DNA from: Victivallis vadensis
GTDB taxonomy: Bacteria; Verrucomicrobiota; Lentisphaeria; Victivallales; GWF2-50-93
Reading direction: 5' to 3'
DNA: 64,000 bases
Assembly (NCBI GenBank): GCA_945883805.1
Contig: CAMCYE010000005.1
Span: 5,269-69,268 of the forward strand
Below the pieces are notes generated by a model that was not told where the DNA came from, did not search any database, and saw nothing but the letters and a program-made list of their open reading frames with translations. Shown piece after piece: positions 16,454-25,660 of the stretch (positions within the stretch are counted from its first letter, which is position 1; each line of letters opens with the position of its first letter). Both the position numbers and the translations under genes were made by a program.

Positions 16454-17325
16454 TTCAGCCCCAATATTTTAATTGCATTCCCTTTTGCGACTTTATCAAA
16501 TACAGTTTTAGAAATATCACCGGAATTTTCAAGGTCAAGAAGAAAATCTGCCAGCGGCGTGGGCGTATCAGGCGAACATATGTCTGTTCCGAACATCAGC
16601 CTGTCCTGGAATTCATTCAGGAATTTGATCGCATATCTCCTGTCGCGCTTGAGGGCGTTGCAGCCGCTGCCGGCCGAAAGATCCCCATACAGGTTCGGAT
16701 GTTTGCGCATCAGTTTCGGGACAGCCCCTTCCTCAAGTATCTCATAGGCGGGATAACCATTCCGGTCAGACTCCTGATTCAGGACGCTTATTTCAGCCCA
16801 GAACGCCTGCGAGTGCCCGAAAAGTTTCAGCTTAGGAAACCGTTTCAGACATTCTTCCAGCTGAGGCAGGCCGGGATTGTCATAAAGCCCGTAGTCACCG
16901 CCTATGCTCGAGGAAATATGAAATGTCAGGGGCATCTCATTTTCATCTGCGGCACGGAACAAATTCTGCACAAGCGGATCAAGGAAAGGAAGATTCGCGC
17001 AGACTTCTCCAACCCCCTTGCATCCCAGCTCCTTATAGTGCTTTACCATTTTCGAGAGGGGCGCAGTATCGGAATTGCCTATCGCACGCGGATCAATATT
17101 GCAGAAAGGTATGAATCTGGAATTCCTGCCGGCAATCTCCAGTATCTCCTCGTTGGATTGAACTCCGTGACTGCATTCCGGATTTACTTCCGGCAGGAGG
17201 ACGGCGCGTTCCACGCCAATCCGATCGTATGTTCCCAGCAGTTGTTCCGAGGAGGCATACGCCGCTTTTCCATTCCTCGGATAAGCGGGCAGTCTCATCG
17301 TGTGCGCATGAATGTCTATGAACAT
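16450..17325 (-). CDS. Metal-dependent amidohydrolase-fold hydrolase (amidohydrolase_2 type)
   Basis: The start is trimmed to MFIDIHAHTM (ATG 17325), 4 nt after the upstream stop. H-x-H at the N-terminus is typical of the TIM-barrel amidohydrolase fold. Confidence 0.7.
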   Translation of the reverse strand: MFIDIHAHTMRLPAYPRNGKAAYASSEQLLGTYDRIGVERAVLLPEVNPECSHGVQSNEEILEIAGRNSRFIPFCNIDPRAIGNSDTAPLSKMVKHYKELGCKGVGEVCANLPFLDPLVQNLFRAADENEMPLTFHISSSIGGDYGLYDNPGLPQLEECLKRFPKLKLFGHSQAFWAEISVLNQESDRNGYPAYEILEEGAVPKLMRKHPNLYGDLSAGSGCNALKRDRRYAIKFLNEFQDRLMFGTDICSPDTPTPLADFLLDLENSGDISKTVFDKVAKGNAIKILGLK

Positions 17326-17329
17326 GAAT

Positions 17330-18106
17330 TTAAACCCCGTTGATATTGGTGAAAAAATGGTAATGAGGCGCGAAATCAATCCAGTCAGGAGCTCCGGCAT
17401 CGATTTTCGCCATCAGTTCAGGATAGCATTTGCGCCGGGCTGTATTTACGGCAGCAATATGCCCCAGGATGATTTCACCGACCTGGTCAGAAGAAATATC
17501 TTTCGGAAGCCCCTTGAGCATAAGATCGAATCCGGATGCGATACAGACTGCGCCTGCGTCGATTGCCTCGGGGATTCTGGCCTGTGTCATGCCGCCGGTA
17601 AAAAAGAACGGACAAAATCCATGGCTTGGCGCCGCCCTGGCTTTCCGGACTAGGGACAAATCTTCGACAATCTTGATTATGTGTGCGCCATCCCTGAGCA
17701 TGCGAAACGCTTCATTGGGCGTATATGCACAAGGCACGAGAAGATGGGTGTTGCTGTATTTACTGATAGTTTCAGAGGAGAATTCAAACATTGAAATAAA
17801 TCCGTGAACCCCGCATCCGGCTAACTGTCCAAAGGTCATCAGCTGAGGATTATTCCGGTGGAGCTGCTTGATTATGCGCTCGGAATCCAATACGCTGCCG
17901 ACCAGGATCTTCATGTCCGGACAGGAAGCCGGGAGGGATGGAATGACTTCATGCGCATCCTGACGGCGCAACGTATATTCTATGGCTTTGACTCCGGCCT
18001 TCCGGCAAGCGTCAAGAAGCATGCCGGTATCCCAGTCATCCTTCACGAAAATCGGCATGAATCCCTGTTTGTATACTGCAGCGTATGTTTCAAATAATTT
18101 CTGCAT
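17330..18106 (-). CDS. KDPG/KHG-aldolase-like class I aldolase
   Basis: The start is trimmed to MQKLFETYAAVYKQGFMPIFVKDD (ATG 18106). The resemblance to the Eda-family N-terminus and barrel (GVKAIEYTLR ... FFTGGM) is from memory. Confidence 0.5.
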   Translation of the reverse strand: MQKLFETYAAVYKQGFMPIFVKDDWDTGMLLDACRKAGVKAIEYTLRRQDAHEVIPSLPASCPDMKILVGSVLDSERIIKQLHRNNPQLMTFGQLAGCGVHGFISMFEFSSETISKYSNTHLLVPCAYTPNEAFRMLRDGAHIIKIVEDLSLVRKARAAPSHGFCPFFFTGGMTQARIPEAIDAGAVCIASGFDLMLKGLPKDISSDQVGEIILGHIAAVNTARRKCYPELMAKIDAGAPDWIDFAPHYHFFTNINGV

Positions 18107-18128
18107 TTTAATTTTTCCGATATTGAAT

Positions 18129-18172
18129 ATTGTATTAATACACATTATATATAATCCTACAATATATTTCAA
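18129..18172 (-). promoter_or_regulatory. Promoter plus operator of the aldolase-amidohydrolase-GH32 operon
   Basis: The minus strand reads TTGAAA (18167-18172), a 17-nt spacer, TATAAT (18144-18149), then GTGTATTAATACAAT (18129-18143) and ATTCAAT. This is almost base-for-base the arrangement at 5288-5340. Confidence 0.55.
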
Positions 18173-18256
18173 GGGTCTTGCGATATTATTTTCAAATATC
18201 ATATTAGTATTGTTACTGTCGCATTTATCGATAATTTAGATTGCAGGAGTATGGGA

Positions 18257-19327
18257 ATGTCCACCAATAATAAATATTCCGAAGTGTTGGAAAAGTTGGA
18301 AATACGGATCAGCTCGATGGCGTCGAACAGCAAACTGCCCACATTCCGTGAACTGATGCGCGAGTATTCAATCAGCCAGAGCCCGCTGGACACAGCACTC
18401 AAGATTCTTGAGGAAAGAGGCATAGTAAGCAAAATACATGGCAGCGGCATTTATGTATGCCCGCAGCCCGGCAAGCCGCAGACCCGCACGATAGGCCTGG
18501 TGACTGGCGACTTCAGCGACAACTTCTATCCTGTTGTAATAAGGATCTTGGAAAAAGTGATTGCGGCGGCCGGATACCGGTTGCTGCTTTGCCATTCGCA
18601 TAAGGATTTGGAAAATGAACTGGCGATTTTAAAATCGCTGAGGGGTAAAATTGACGCCTTGATCATATTCCCATACACCCTGCACTCGGTAAACCCAGAA
18701 TATCTGGCTTATTTCAATAAATTCAGTCGACACCACAACGTTCCTGTCATTACAATAAATGTGCCATTGAACGGCATCAACTCCAGACACGTCGCCTTTG
18801 ACGAATACAACTGTTTTCAAGGTATTCCCAGAAAGCTGGTCAATAAATATCCTGAGGCTCAGGTCTTCTACATGGGACGCATGGGTAGCCATACCAATAC
18901 TCTGAGGATGTCTGGATTCAAATCCGAGATCTCCAGATTGAACCTTAAGAACAAAGTCATCTACATCAATGCCGATCCTGTGGAATCCGAACCAATCATG
19001 CTCATAGGTGCCATCATACAGAAAACTCAGCCGGAAAAGCTGCTGTTCTTCAACGCTTTTCCTGAAGCGCTCAACCCCCTCGTCAAATTCCTCATCAAAA
19101 AGAGAATAGATATTCCGAAACGGGCAATTATCGTCAGTGTCGTCGAAGAGGATTATGTGGCGGACGAAAATGTTCCAATCATCAGACTGGTCAAGCCAAA
19201 TATCGAATTCGGGGAAAATGCCGGAAAGATAGCCCTTTCCGCAATCCGCAAAGGGGGGGCGGGCACCATCCTCGACCCGCCTATGAAAATACCAGTCATA
19301 ATTCCTGCAAAACTGAAACTGAAATAA
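18257..19327 (+). CDS. Transcriptional regulator, GntR-type winged HTH fused to LacI/periplasmic-binding-protein-type sugar sensor
   Basis: LPTFRELMREYSISQSPLDTALKILEERGIVSKIHGSGIYV is a GntR HTH. The remainder (TIGLVTGDFSDNFYPVVIRILEKV...) is like the PBP type-1 fold. AGGAG at 18245-18249 favours ATG 18257 over 18251. Confidence 0.75.
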   Translation: MSTNNKYSEVLEKLEIRISSMASNSKLPTFRELMREYSISQSPLDTALKILEERGIVSKIHGSGIYVCPQPGKPQTRTIGLVTGDFSDNFYPVVIRILEKVIAAAGYRLLLCHSHKDLENELAILKSLRGKIDALIIFPYTLHSVNPEYLAYFNKFSRHHNVPVITINVPLNGINSRHVAFDEYNCFQGIPRKLVNKYPEAQVFYMGRMGSHTNTLRMSGFKSEISRLNLKNKVIYINADPVESEPIMLIGAIIQKTQPEKLLFFNAFPEALNPLVKFLIKKRIDIPKRAIIVSVVEEDYVADENVPIIRLVKPNIEFGENAGKIALSAIRKGGAGTILDPPMKIPVIIPAKLKLK

Positions 19328-19364
19328 CCTTCATAAATCTGAAGGGAAAAAATGGAGTATAAAT

Positions 19365-20273
19365 ATGGCTGTCTTAAGAATGGGACCTGTTAACGCTGCG
19401 ACTCCGACGCCGCTCAATGCCGATTACAGTCTCGACAAATCCTCCGCTAAAAAACTCTGCAGACGCTGGATTGACATGGAGCTGGATGGCGTGCTGCTCC
19501 TGGGCAGCATGGGTGAAGGCACCATGCTTAGCGATCAAGCACGCAATGACTTTGTCGAACTTGCCCTAGAGGAGGCTGGAGACAGACTGACCATTTACGT
19601 CTGCACCGCCGATTCGTCGACGGCCCGGGCCAAAGAGCGCGCCCTCCGTTACGCCAGGATGGGCGCCCCATGCGTGGTTCTCTGTCTTGCGCCTAAACTC
19701 AGCCCAGGCCAGGCGGTCAAGGAAGTCAAGGAGATCGCGGAGGCATGCCCTGTCCCCTGCGCCTACTATGACAATCCTGATCACAGCGGCAGCCCCTTGG
19801 TGCTCAACGAAATGCTCGATATACTCAGCCATCCCAACATCAAGGTCTTAAAGGATTCCAGCGGAAACGCATTGATCGGCAAAATGATCGCTTCGCCTGA
19901 GTTCCACCCGAAAGGTGTTTTCGTTCTTGATGGCAATGAATATCAAACGACAAGTAGCCGCATTCTCGGATATGAGGGTGTCCTGCATGGAGGAGGCGTG
20001 ATGACCGGAAAATGGATCCGCAGGATATGGGATCTTGCGGGTCAAGGCAGGATCACCGAAGCCGAGGAGCTGGACCGCCACAAAGCAATGTTCCTGGCCA
20101 AAATATACAATCGGTTCAGTCGTCCATTGCAGAATGCCGCCGGTCAGAAATATTGCCTGCACCTGCTGGGGTGCGGCGACGGACTCAGCATGGTCAATGG
20201 GCAGTCACTTGACGATGCAGGCCGTACACGTGTCAAGTCGGCAGTGGATGAATATCGAGAGTTCCTCTCCTGA
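19365..20273 (+). CDS. DapA/NAL-family class I aldolase (dihydrodipicolinate synthase-like)
   Basis: GVLLLGSMGEGTMLS, YVCTADSSTARAKERALRYARMGAPCVVL and KDSSGN blocks typical of the DHDPS/N-acetylneuraminate lyase family. Confidence 0.7.
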   Translation: MAVLRMGPVNAATPTPLNADYSLDKSSAKKLCRRWIDMELDGVLLLGSMGEGTMLSDQARNDFVELALEEAGDRLTIYVCTADSSTARAKERALRYARMGAPCVVLCLAPKLSPGQAVKEVKEIAEACPVPCAYYDNPDHSGSPLVLNEMLDILSHPNIKVLKDSSGNALIGKMIASPEFHPKGVFVLDGNEYQTTSSRILGYEGVLHGGGVMTGKWIRRIWDLAGQGRITEAEELDRHKAMFLAKIYNRFSRPLQNAAGQKYCLHLLGCGDGLSMVNGQSLDDAGRTRVKSAVDEYREFLS

Positions 20274-20594
20274 AAGAATCGACTCTTTACTATAAGCCCA
20301 AAAAGATGATCAAAGGGTACTTCCCCGGCTACAGACCAGAAGGTTTTGGTCCTGCCTGGAGTTCTTTACGCACTACGCCAATCTGTACTCAGGAGGGTCG
20401 TATAACGGGCTTGAGATCCTTACAATCGCGATTGGACGGCTTAATAAGTTTTACGGTGACAGGATAGAGTGGATGACTGGCGTTGAAATATGCAAGAGGT
20501 TTGCCGAATAGCCTGGAAATGGGCGAGAACGTCGGCATCATGTTCCACGAGCCACGTGATTTTTCAAAACAAACAAATAAGGAAATAAGTATGA

Positions 20595-21440
20595 CACAGA
20601 AGAAGCAGGCGATTTGATGGTTTTTTCCGTCTTTACTGGAACCCCGCGACGGGGCCATGGGGAAAACTGATTGATTTCGGCCATGACCCTGTGCTCACAT
20701 GGAAGGCAATTATAGACTGGGAGGCGAAATTGAAAGTGAATTATCTGATTCCTAGAATTGAACCGTATGCGAGTGATCGCGTTTATAATCAATGGGGATT
20801 TCACTACGTCTGTCATTTTCCCGATGATCCGTCAGCACGCTTCAACACGCCGTTCGGCATTTCCTCGGTAGACATGCAGGCTCCATATTATAATCCGAAG
20901 GGTTACTGGAACGGAGGCATCTGGCCCGTCATGCAGTGGTATCTCTGGCGCGGGCTTCTAGAATCAGGTGAACCGGCGCTGGCACGGAAAATAGCCGAGA
21001 CGATTCTTGGAACATGGAACCGGTACTTTGAAAAGGAGCACTACCTGGGCGAACACTTCATGATCGCTCCCGAGCAAATGAACGGTGCGGCAAATTTCGG
21101 AGGGCTAAGTGCCATTCTCGTCCCAATGCACGCAGCCTATTTCTCCGCCTACCAGATGACGACATGCTACGATGTCGTCATCCTGAACCAGTCCGCAGAC
21201 CATGCTAACGACACACTGTCTTTCCAGCTCAGCGCGCCGTTTCTGACGGCTTTATCTCACGATCTCCTAGTCAACATGGGCAAGGGCGGGACACGGTATG
21301 ATTTGATTGTCAATGGAAAATTCTTCGGAGAGTTTGTTTCAGATGAATTCGGACACATGACCATTCGCCTCCCGCGTCCGTCGGGAATGGATAATGTGTT
21401 GGTGAAACCGGCAGCACCGGCGAGGGAGACCGGACAATGA
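20595..21440 (+). pseudogene. C-terminal remnant of an (alpha/alpha)6-barrel glycoside hydrolase (GH63/GH37/GH15-like)
   Basis: The frame opens right after TGA at 20592 with no ATG, and the first start is GTG 20691. YYNPKGYWNGGIWPVMQWYLWRGLLESGEPALARKIAETIL is a typical C-terminal six-hairpin block. Only ~320 nt separate it from the previous gene, so the N-terminal half of the fold is missing. Upstream 20283-20590 contains out-of-frame protein-like fragments. Confidence 0.5.
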
Positions 21441-23386
21441 CGAATACCCCATCTGCTCCTCCTCCAGTTGTCGAAACTATCGGTGGTCACAAAGTTTATC
21501 ATTGCGGAACGTTGACCTACACAAAAATGGGGCTGCTTGCGATATTCGCATGGCTGCTCTGGGGGGATTTCTGTTTTACGCTGATGGAATCGGTCGTGCC
21601 GAGCGTACTTCCCCTGAAGCTGAAAGACCTCGGATGCTCAAATTGGCTGATGGGGATTGTGATGACTACCGTCCCGAGTGTCCTGAATATGACGATCTGT
21701 CCCTATGTCAGCTTCAAAAGCGACCGTTACCGCAGCCGCTGGGGGCGGAGGATTCCATTCATAGTATGGACCATGCCTTTTCTCTGCGCGGCACTGGCGC
21801 TGATCGGCTGGAGCGATGATATTTCCGAATTCCTGCGCGGGAATTCAGTATTTCTCCAGCAGTATGCCCCTACGACCATAACGATAATCCTGATCGGTGT
21901 GTTCATTGCAATGTTCCAGTTCTTCAACATGTTTGTGGGTTCGGTTTTCTATTATCTTTTCAATGACGTTATCCCGCCGCAGTTTCTCGCAAGGTTCACG
22001 GGCACATTCCGGATGGTCGGGACTGCAGCGTCGGCGATATACAACTTTTTCATATTCCAATATGCCGAATCCAACATGCGGGAGATTTTCCTAGGCGCGG
22101 CAGTCCTCTATTTCTTCGGGTTCGGCATGATGTGTTTCATGATTAAGGAAGGCAAATATCCGCCATTGAAAGAGGAAGAGGCCGGAAAAAGAAGCGGGAG
22201 ACTGGAGGGGCTCAAGAACTTTTTCAAAGAATCCTTCACTCATAAGATCTATTGGCTGATATTTTTCTTCACCACATTCGGGGCAGTGACCGGTGCCACC
22301 GGCACTTTCAACGTATTCTTCTACAAGAATATGGATTTGACGTTGTCGCAGATAGGCAAGATGACTGCAATTACCGGAATCGCATCGCTCTTGGCGATGT
22401 ATCTCGCCGCCATTTACATTGACCGTTGGCACCCGTTGCGGGTGACCGCCTATATGGCGGTTTTCACAGTAGTCGGGAATTTCATGAACTGGAAATGGGT
22501 TTTCATCTCGCTTCCCGGTGAATACTTTTTCTGGCTGACCTTGGGCGTAGGTGTAATTACAGCTTTTGCAGGGGCGATCGGGGCTGCCGGAAACTTGCCG
22601 CTGTTCTACAGGATATTTCCCAAATCCAGATTCGGGCAGTTCTGTTCGGCCCAATCCATTGTCAGATCCATTTTCACCTTGTGTTCCGGTATTCTCGCAG
22701 GCCTGTATATTGATACTGTAAAATACTTTGCAGGCGGCTCCGATTTCGCATATCGTTTCATTTTCGTGTGGCAGACTATCGGAAGCGCCGTATGCGCAAT
22801 CGTCATCGTCATTGCATACCGTGAATGGTACCGGCTGGGTGGCGATGCGCATTTTCATCCGCCCGCCACATGGAATCCGAAAGGCTTTGAGGAGATGCAG
22901 GTCATTCCCACGGTTGGACCGCAGGTGCGCTGGCTCGATATTTCCTTTAAGCTGTTCAATGCGATCATGGTGGTGTCCGTATTCGGGATTCCCATGTTGA
23001 TGTGCTGGATGTATTACAAGCACTCCATGGTTGCGTTCGAGTGGCACGCCTGGCTTCTTTTTCCAATGTCGGTCATTGCCTGGATTTACTGGAAGCTCGT
23101 GGAGAAGGGCATTCGCCGGGACATGCAAAGATCCCTCAACAACGAACCTCTCAGGAACGGGATTCCGCATCACGGAGTATTCATCTTTGTCGCCGGCAAG
23201 TTCTTCCTGGTGCTGGGCCTGTGGTTCGTACAGGTCGTGGTGACTGTCAACCTGCACATGGAATTGGGTGCGATCATCTTCACTGCTGCGAACATAGCAA
23301 CTGATTTCCTGCTGATCGGAGGAGTACAGATACTTTGCCGCATCGAACGCGGATTCTCTACGACACTCAATGAAAACCTCTCATAG
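21437..23386 (+). CDS. MFS/GPH-type sugar permease with extra C-terminal membrane domain
   Basis: 649 aa, highly hydrophobic throughout, with an ATGA overlap to the preceding frame. The last ~170 aa add about four predicted helices beyond a normal 12-TM core. Confidence 0.65.
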   Translation: MTNTPSAPPPVVETIGGHKVYHCGTLTYTKMGLLAIFAWLLWGDFCFTLMESVVPSVLPLKLKDLGCSNWLMGIVMTTVPSVLNMTICPYVSFKSDRYRSRWGRRIPFIVWTMPFLCAALALIGWSDDISEFLRGNSVFLQQYAPTTITIILIGVFIAMFQFFNMFVGSVFYYLFNDVIPPQFLARFTGTFRMVGTAASAIYNFFIFQYAESNMREIFLGAAVLYFFGFGMMCFMIKEGKYPPLKEEEAGKRSGRLEGLKNFFKESFTHKIYWLIFFFTTFGAVTGATGTFNVFFYKNMDLTLSQIGKMTAITGIASLLAMYLAAIYIDRWHPLRVTAYMAVFTVVGNFMNWKWVFISLPGEYFFWLTLGVGVITAFAGAIGAAGNLPLFYRIFPKSRFGQFCSAQSIVRSIFTLCSGILAGLYIDTVKYFAGGSDFAYRFIFVWQTIGSAVCAIVIVIAYREWYRLGGDAHFHPPATWNPKGFEEMQVIPTVGPQVRWLDISFKLFNAIMVVSVFGIPMLMCWMYYKHSMVAFEWHAWLLFPMSVIAWIYWKLVEKGIRRDMQRSLNNEPLRNGIPHHGVFIFVAGKFFLVLGLWFVQVVVTVNLHMELGAIIFTAANIATDFLLIGGVQILCRIERGFSTTLNENLS

Positions 23387-23403
23387 GCAAATCAAGACAA
23401 TGC

Positions 23404-23440
23404 AGGTAATTTCAAAACTCGAAAAACGGTTTTGACAAGC
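23404..23440 (+). repeat. Solo end of the GAGGTAATTTCAAAACT repeat element
   Basis: AGGTAATTTCAAAACTCGAAAAACGGTTTTGACAAGC matches the left end of the complete element at 38918-39030. Confidence 0.6.
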
Positions 23441-23451
23441 CCTGGTCGCCT

Positions 23452-23700
23452 TTGGCGCCGCCTGTCGGCGTCCCGATACAAAGGCAGTACGATCCTCAGG
23501 GCGCAGAGGCAGTCGAACACTTGCAAATGCCCTGCGTCATAATGCAGAAGGAGCTCGGTATAGAGAAAAGAGCGTATGAAATCCTTCAGATTTTAAACTT
23601 GACCCTGTTCGAAAAAGCGTCTTTGAAAGAATTACTTTTGAGCGTAAATGTGTCAGAAAACAAGAGTGATAGTTGCAACCAGTTGCTGTTGTTCAACTAA
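23452..23700 (+). pseudogene. Probable C-terminal remnant of an IS4-family transposase
   Basis: The tail KRAYEILQILNLTLFEKASLKELL...NQLLLFN resembles the conserved C-terminal tail of IS4-group transposases as I recall it (SLYxxLQILSxTLFEK...NQLxLF). No DDE domain is present upstream. Confidence 0.4.
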
Positions 23701-24001
23701 TATTGGGACACTACTTATTTTGTGTATTTAACCACTCAAAATGAAAACTAACCTAAAATTATATACATTTTATTTGCATTCCCGAGTCGTGAAAGTTAGA
23801 GTTCCATAGTTTTTCACGAATATCTCCTTTCCGTGCACTTTGAGCAGTTCACAGTCTGGAGATATTCCAACTGTTTCCGCAAAAGTCAAACCTTGCCAGT
23901 CTCCCCGGCTAAACCGGGGGTTTACAGGTAAATCAGACGAAGAAAGGATGTCAAAGAAATGAATCTTGGTATTATAACAGAATACATATGGAGTGCGCAA
24001 A

Positions 24002-25162
24002 ATGGCTGATAAATTAAAACTTCTTCTTGCCGGTATCGGCGGATACGGTGCCGGTTATGTTATGGCTACAATGGGCATGAAGGATGAGATGGAGATTGCA
24101 GGCATAATCGACCCCTATGCGGATAAAAGCAGTGCTTTCGATTCCGTTAAGGATCTGCCGGTTTTTAACACCATAGACGAATACTTCGATGCAGGCAACA
24201 CTGCAGAGGCAATTGTAATTTCAACGCCAATTCAGCTTCACTGCCAACATCTATGCGCAGCACTTAACCATGGCCTGCATGTTTTGTGCGAAAAGCCTTT
24301 GTGCGCTTCACTTGAAGAAGCGCAGACAATTATAAAGGCTTCCAAGAATCACCCGGACCAAAAGGTGTTAATTGGCTTCCAATGGTCATTTTCTCCCGCT
24401 ATTCTTGAAGCAAAAAAACAAATTCTTTCAGGCGTTTTCGGGAAACCGCTTTCAATGAAAGTCATTGTTCGCTGGCCGCGTGCGTTCAGCTATTATGAAC
24501 GCAACGATTGGGCAGGGAGAAAAAATGACAGCAAGGGCAACTTTGTTGGCGACAGCATTATTTCAAATGCTACAGCCCACTATCTCCATAACCCGTTGTT
24601 TATGCTTGGCGACAGCATGGGGCTTTCCGCGGAACCCCTAAAAATCGAGGCGGAATGCTATAAAGCTTATGATATAGAAACTTTTGATACCGCCTTTGTC
24701 CGTCTGAGTGTTCCAAATAAGCAGGGAAGTGAAACAAAGGTGTTTATCGCTGTTTCACACTGTTGTGAAGAAAATGTTAACCCCACACTTGAATACACTT
24801 TTCAAAACGGCAGAATGTGGTGCTCCGGCGATGATAGGCTGCACGGTGAATTAAACGGGGAACCAAATGAGTTCGGCATAATAGGTTCTAACCTGGGGTA
24901 TTACAATAAGCTTATTTGGCTGTGCAAGTGTGCACGAAATGGAGCGGAATCGCCTTGCAATGCGTTAACAGCGTTACCGGAGCTTAAGACGGCAAATTAT
25001 ATTTTAAAACACATAGCAGTGAAACATTTTGAAAAAGGCAATGTTGAAGAATGCACAGCGCCGATGAATGAGAAAAGACTGAAAGTTAATGGTCTTGACG
25101 CTGTTATGAAGGATTGCTATAATACAATGTTGTTGCCTTCCGAAATTGAGACTGCTTTATAA
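24002..25162 (+). CDS. Gfo/Idh/MocA-family NAD(P)-dependent oxidoreductase
   Basis: KLLLAGIGGYGAGY Rossmann start and EKPL block (HVLCEKPLCASLEEA). GGAG is spaced for ATG 24002 rather than GTG 23993. Confidence 0.75.
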   Translation: MADKLKLLLAGIGGYGAGYVMATMGMKDEMEIAGIIDPYADKSSAFDSVKDLPVFNTIDEYFDAGNTAEAIVISTPIQLHCQHLCAALNHGLHVLCEKPLCASLEEAQTIIKASKNHPDQKVLIGFQWSFSPAILEAKKQILSGVFGKPLSMKVIVRWPRAFSYYERNDWAGRKNDSKGNFVGDSIISNATAHYLHNPLFMLGDSMGLSAEPLKIEAECYKAYDIETFDTAFVRLSVPNKQGSETKVFIAVSHCCEENVNPTLEYTFQNGRMWCSGDDRLHGELNGEPNEFGIIGSNLGYYNKLIWLCKCARNGAESPCNALTALPELKTANYILKHIAVKHFEKGNVEECTAPMNEKRLKVNGLDAVMKDCYNTMLLPSEIETAL

Positions 25163-25196
25163 AAACATAGTTTGAAAAATATAAAACAAGCACAGA

Positions 25197-25290
25197 GTCA
25201 TCCCACAGGATGACGGATGGATGGAGGGATTGTTGGATGAATGGTTACAATAAGGGTCAGACTCCCTTTATTGACTACAAAGATCCTTCA
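25197..25290. repeat. Partial copy of the intergenic mosaic repeat (GTCATCC-CACA-GGATGAC module plus AAGGGTCAG...CAAAGATC module)
   Basis: 25197-25244 matches 62669-62766 and 41451-41550 with the middle segment missing. 25252-25290 matches 41240-41278. Confidence 0.6.
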
Positions 25291-25400
25291 ATTCCGAATA
25301 CGTTGCATACGGCCTTTCAACGTCTTCAGGAGAGAAACTGCCTCTGACCCTCAAAAGCTGCTTCTGATCCTTTCGGCTCGGACACCCCGAATCATCCGAT

Positions 25401-25455
25401 GGGGCAGGAGCCTCGCCCTCCATTTTTATCCGCCTAGGCGGATGGAGGGTCGTGC
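25401..25455. repeat. Long nested hairpin centred on palindrome TCCGCCTAGGCGGA
   Basis: GGGGCAGGAGC / CGCCCTCCA / TCCGCCTAGGCGGA / TGGAGGGTCG / GCTCCTGTCCC. The same central palindrome occurs at 40375-40389, with a variant at 30322-30336. Confidence 0.6.
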
Positions 25456-25660
25456 TCCTGTCCCTCATAGCTCACAGAGCGACGTGGGATGTCAAACCCG
25501 TTTCTTGCGTTTTGAAATTATCTCTTCAGTCTGCTTTTTTTTCAACGGACCATCTTCTCCCCTATTCCGCATAGCAGTTCGGCCTCGACGCCGGCGATGG
25601 AAAATTCCTTTATATTCTAGGCGAAGTCTAGGTTTTTTAGAGTCGTCCGGGAATGAAACG

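Noticed and set aside
20389-20816. Minus-strand ORFs 20389..20658 and 20538..20816.
   Set aside because: They lie in the decayed glycoside-hydrolase region, overlap each other and the plus-strand remnant, and have no motifs.
22091-23257. 388-aa minus-strand ORF.
   Set aside because: It is entirely antisense to the hydrophobic MFS permease gene. Its composition is a mirror of that gene, and it has no motifs and no plausible RBS context.
23770-24000. 76-aa minus-strand ORF upstream of the oxidoreductase gene.
   Set aside because: It has no recognisable motif, it overlaps the RBS/start region of the Gfo/Idh/MocA gene, and it lies in AT-rich scar DNA. It could be a gene fragment but cannot be supported.
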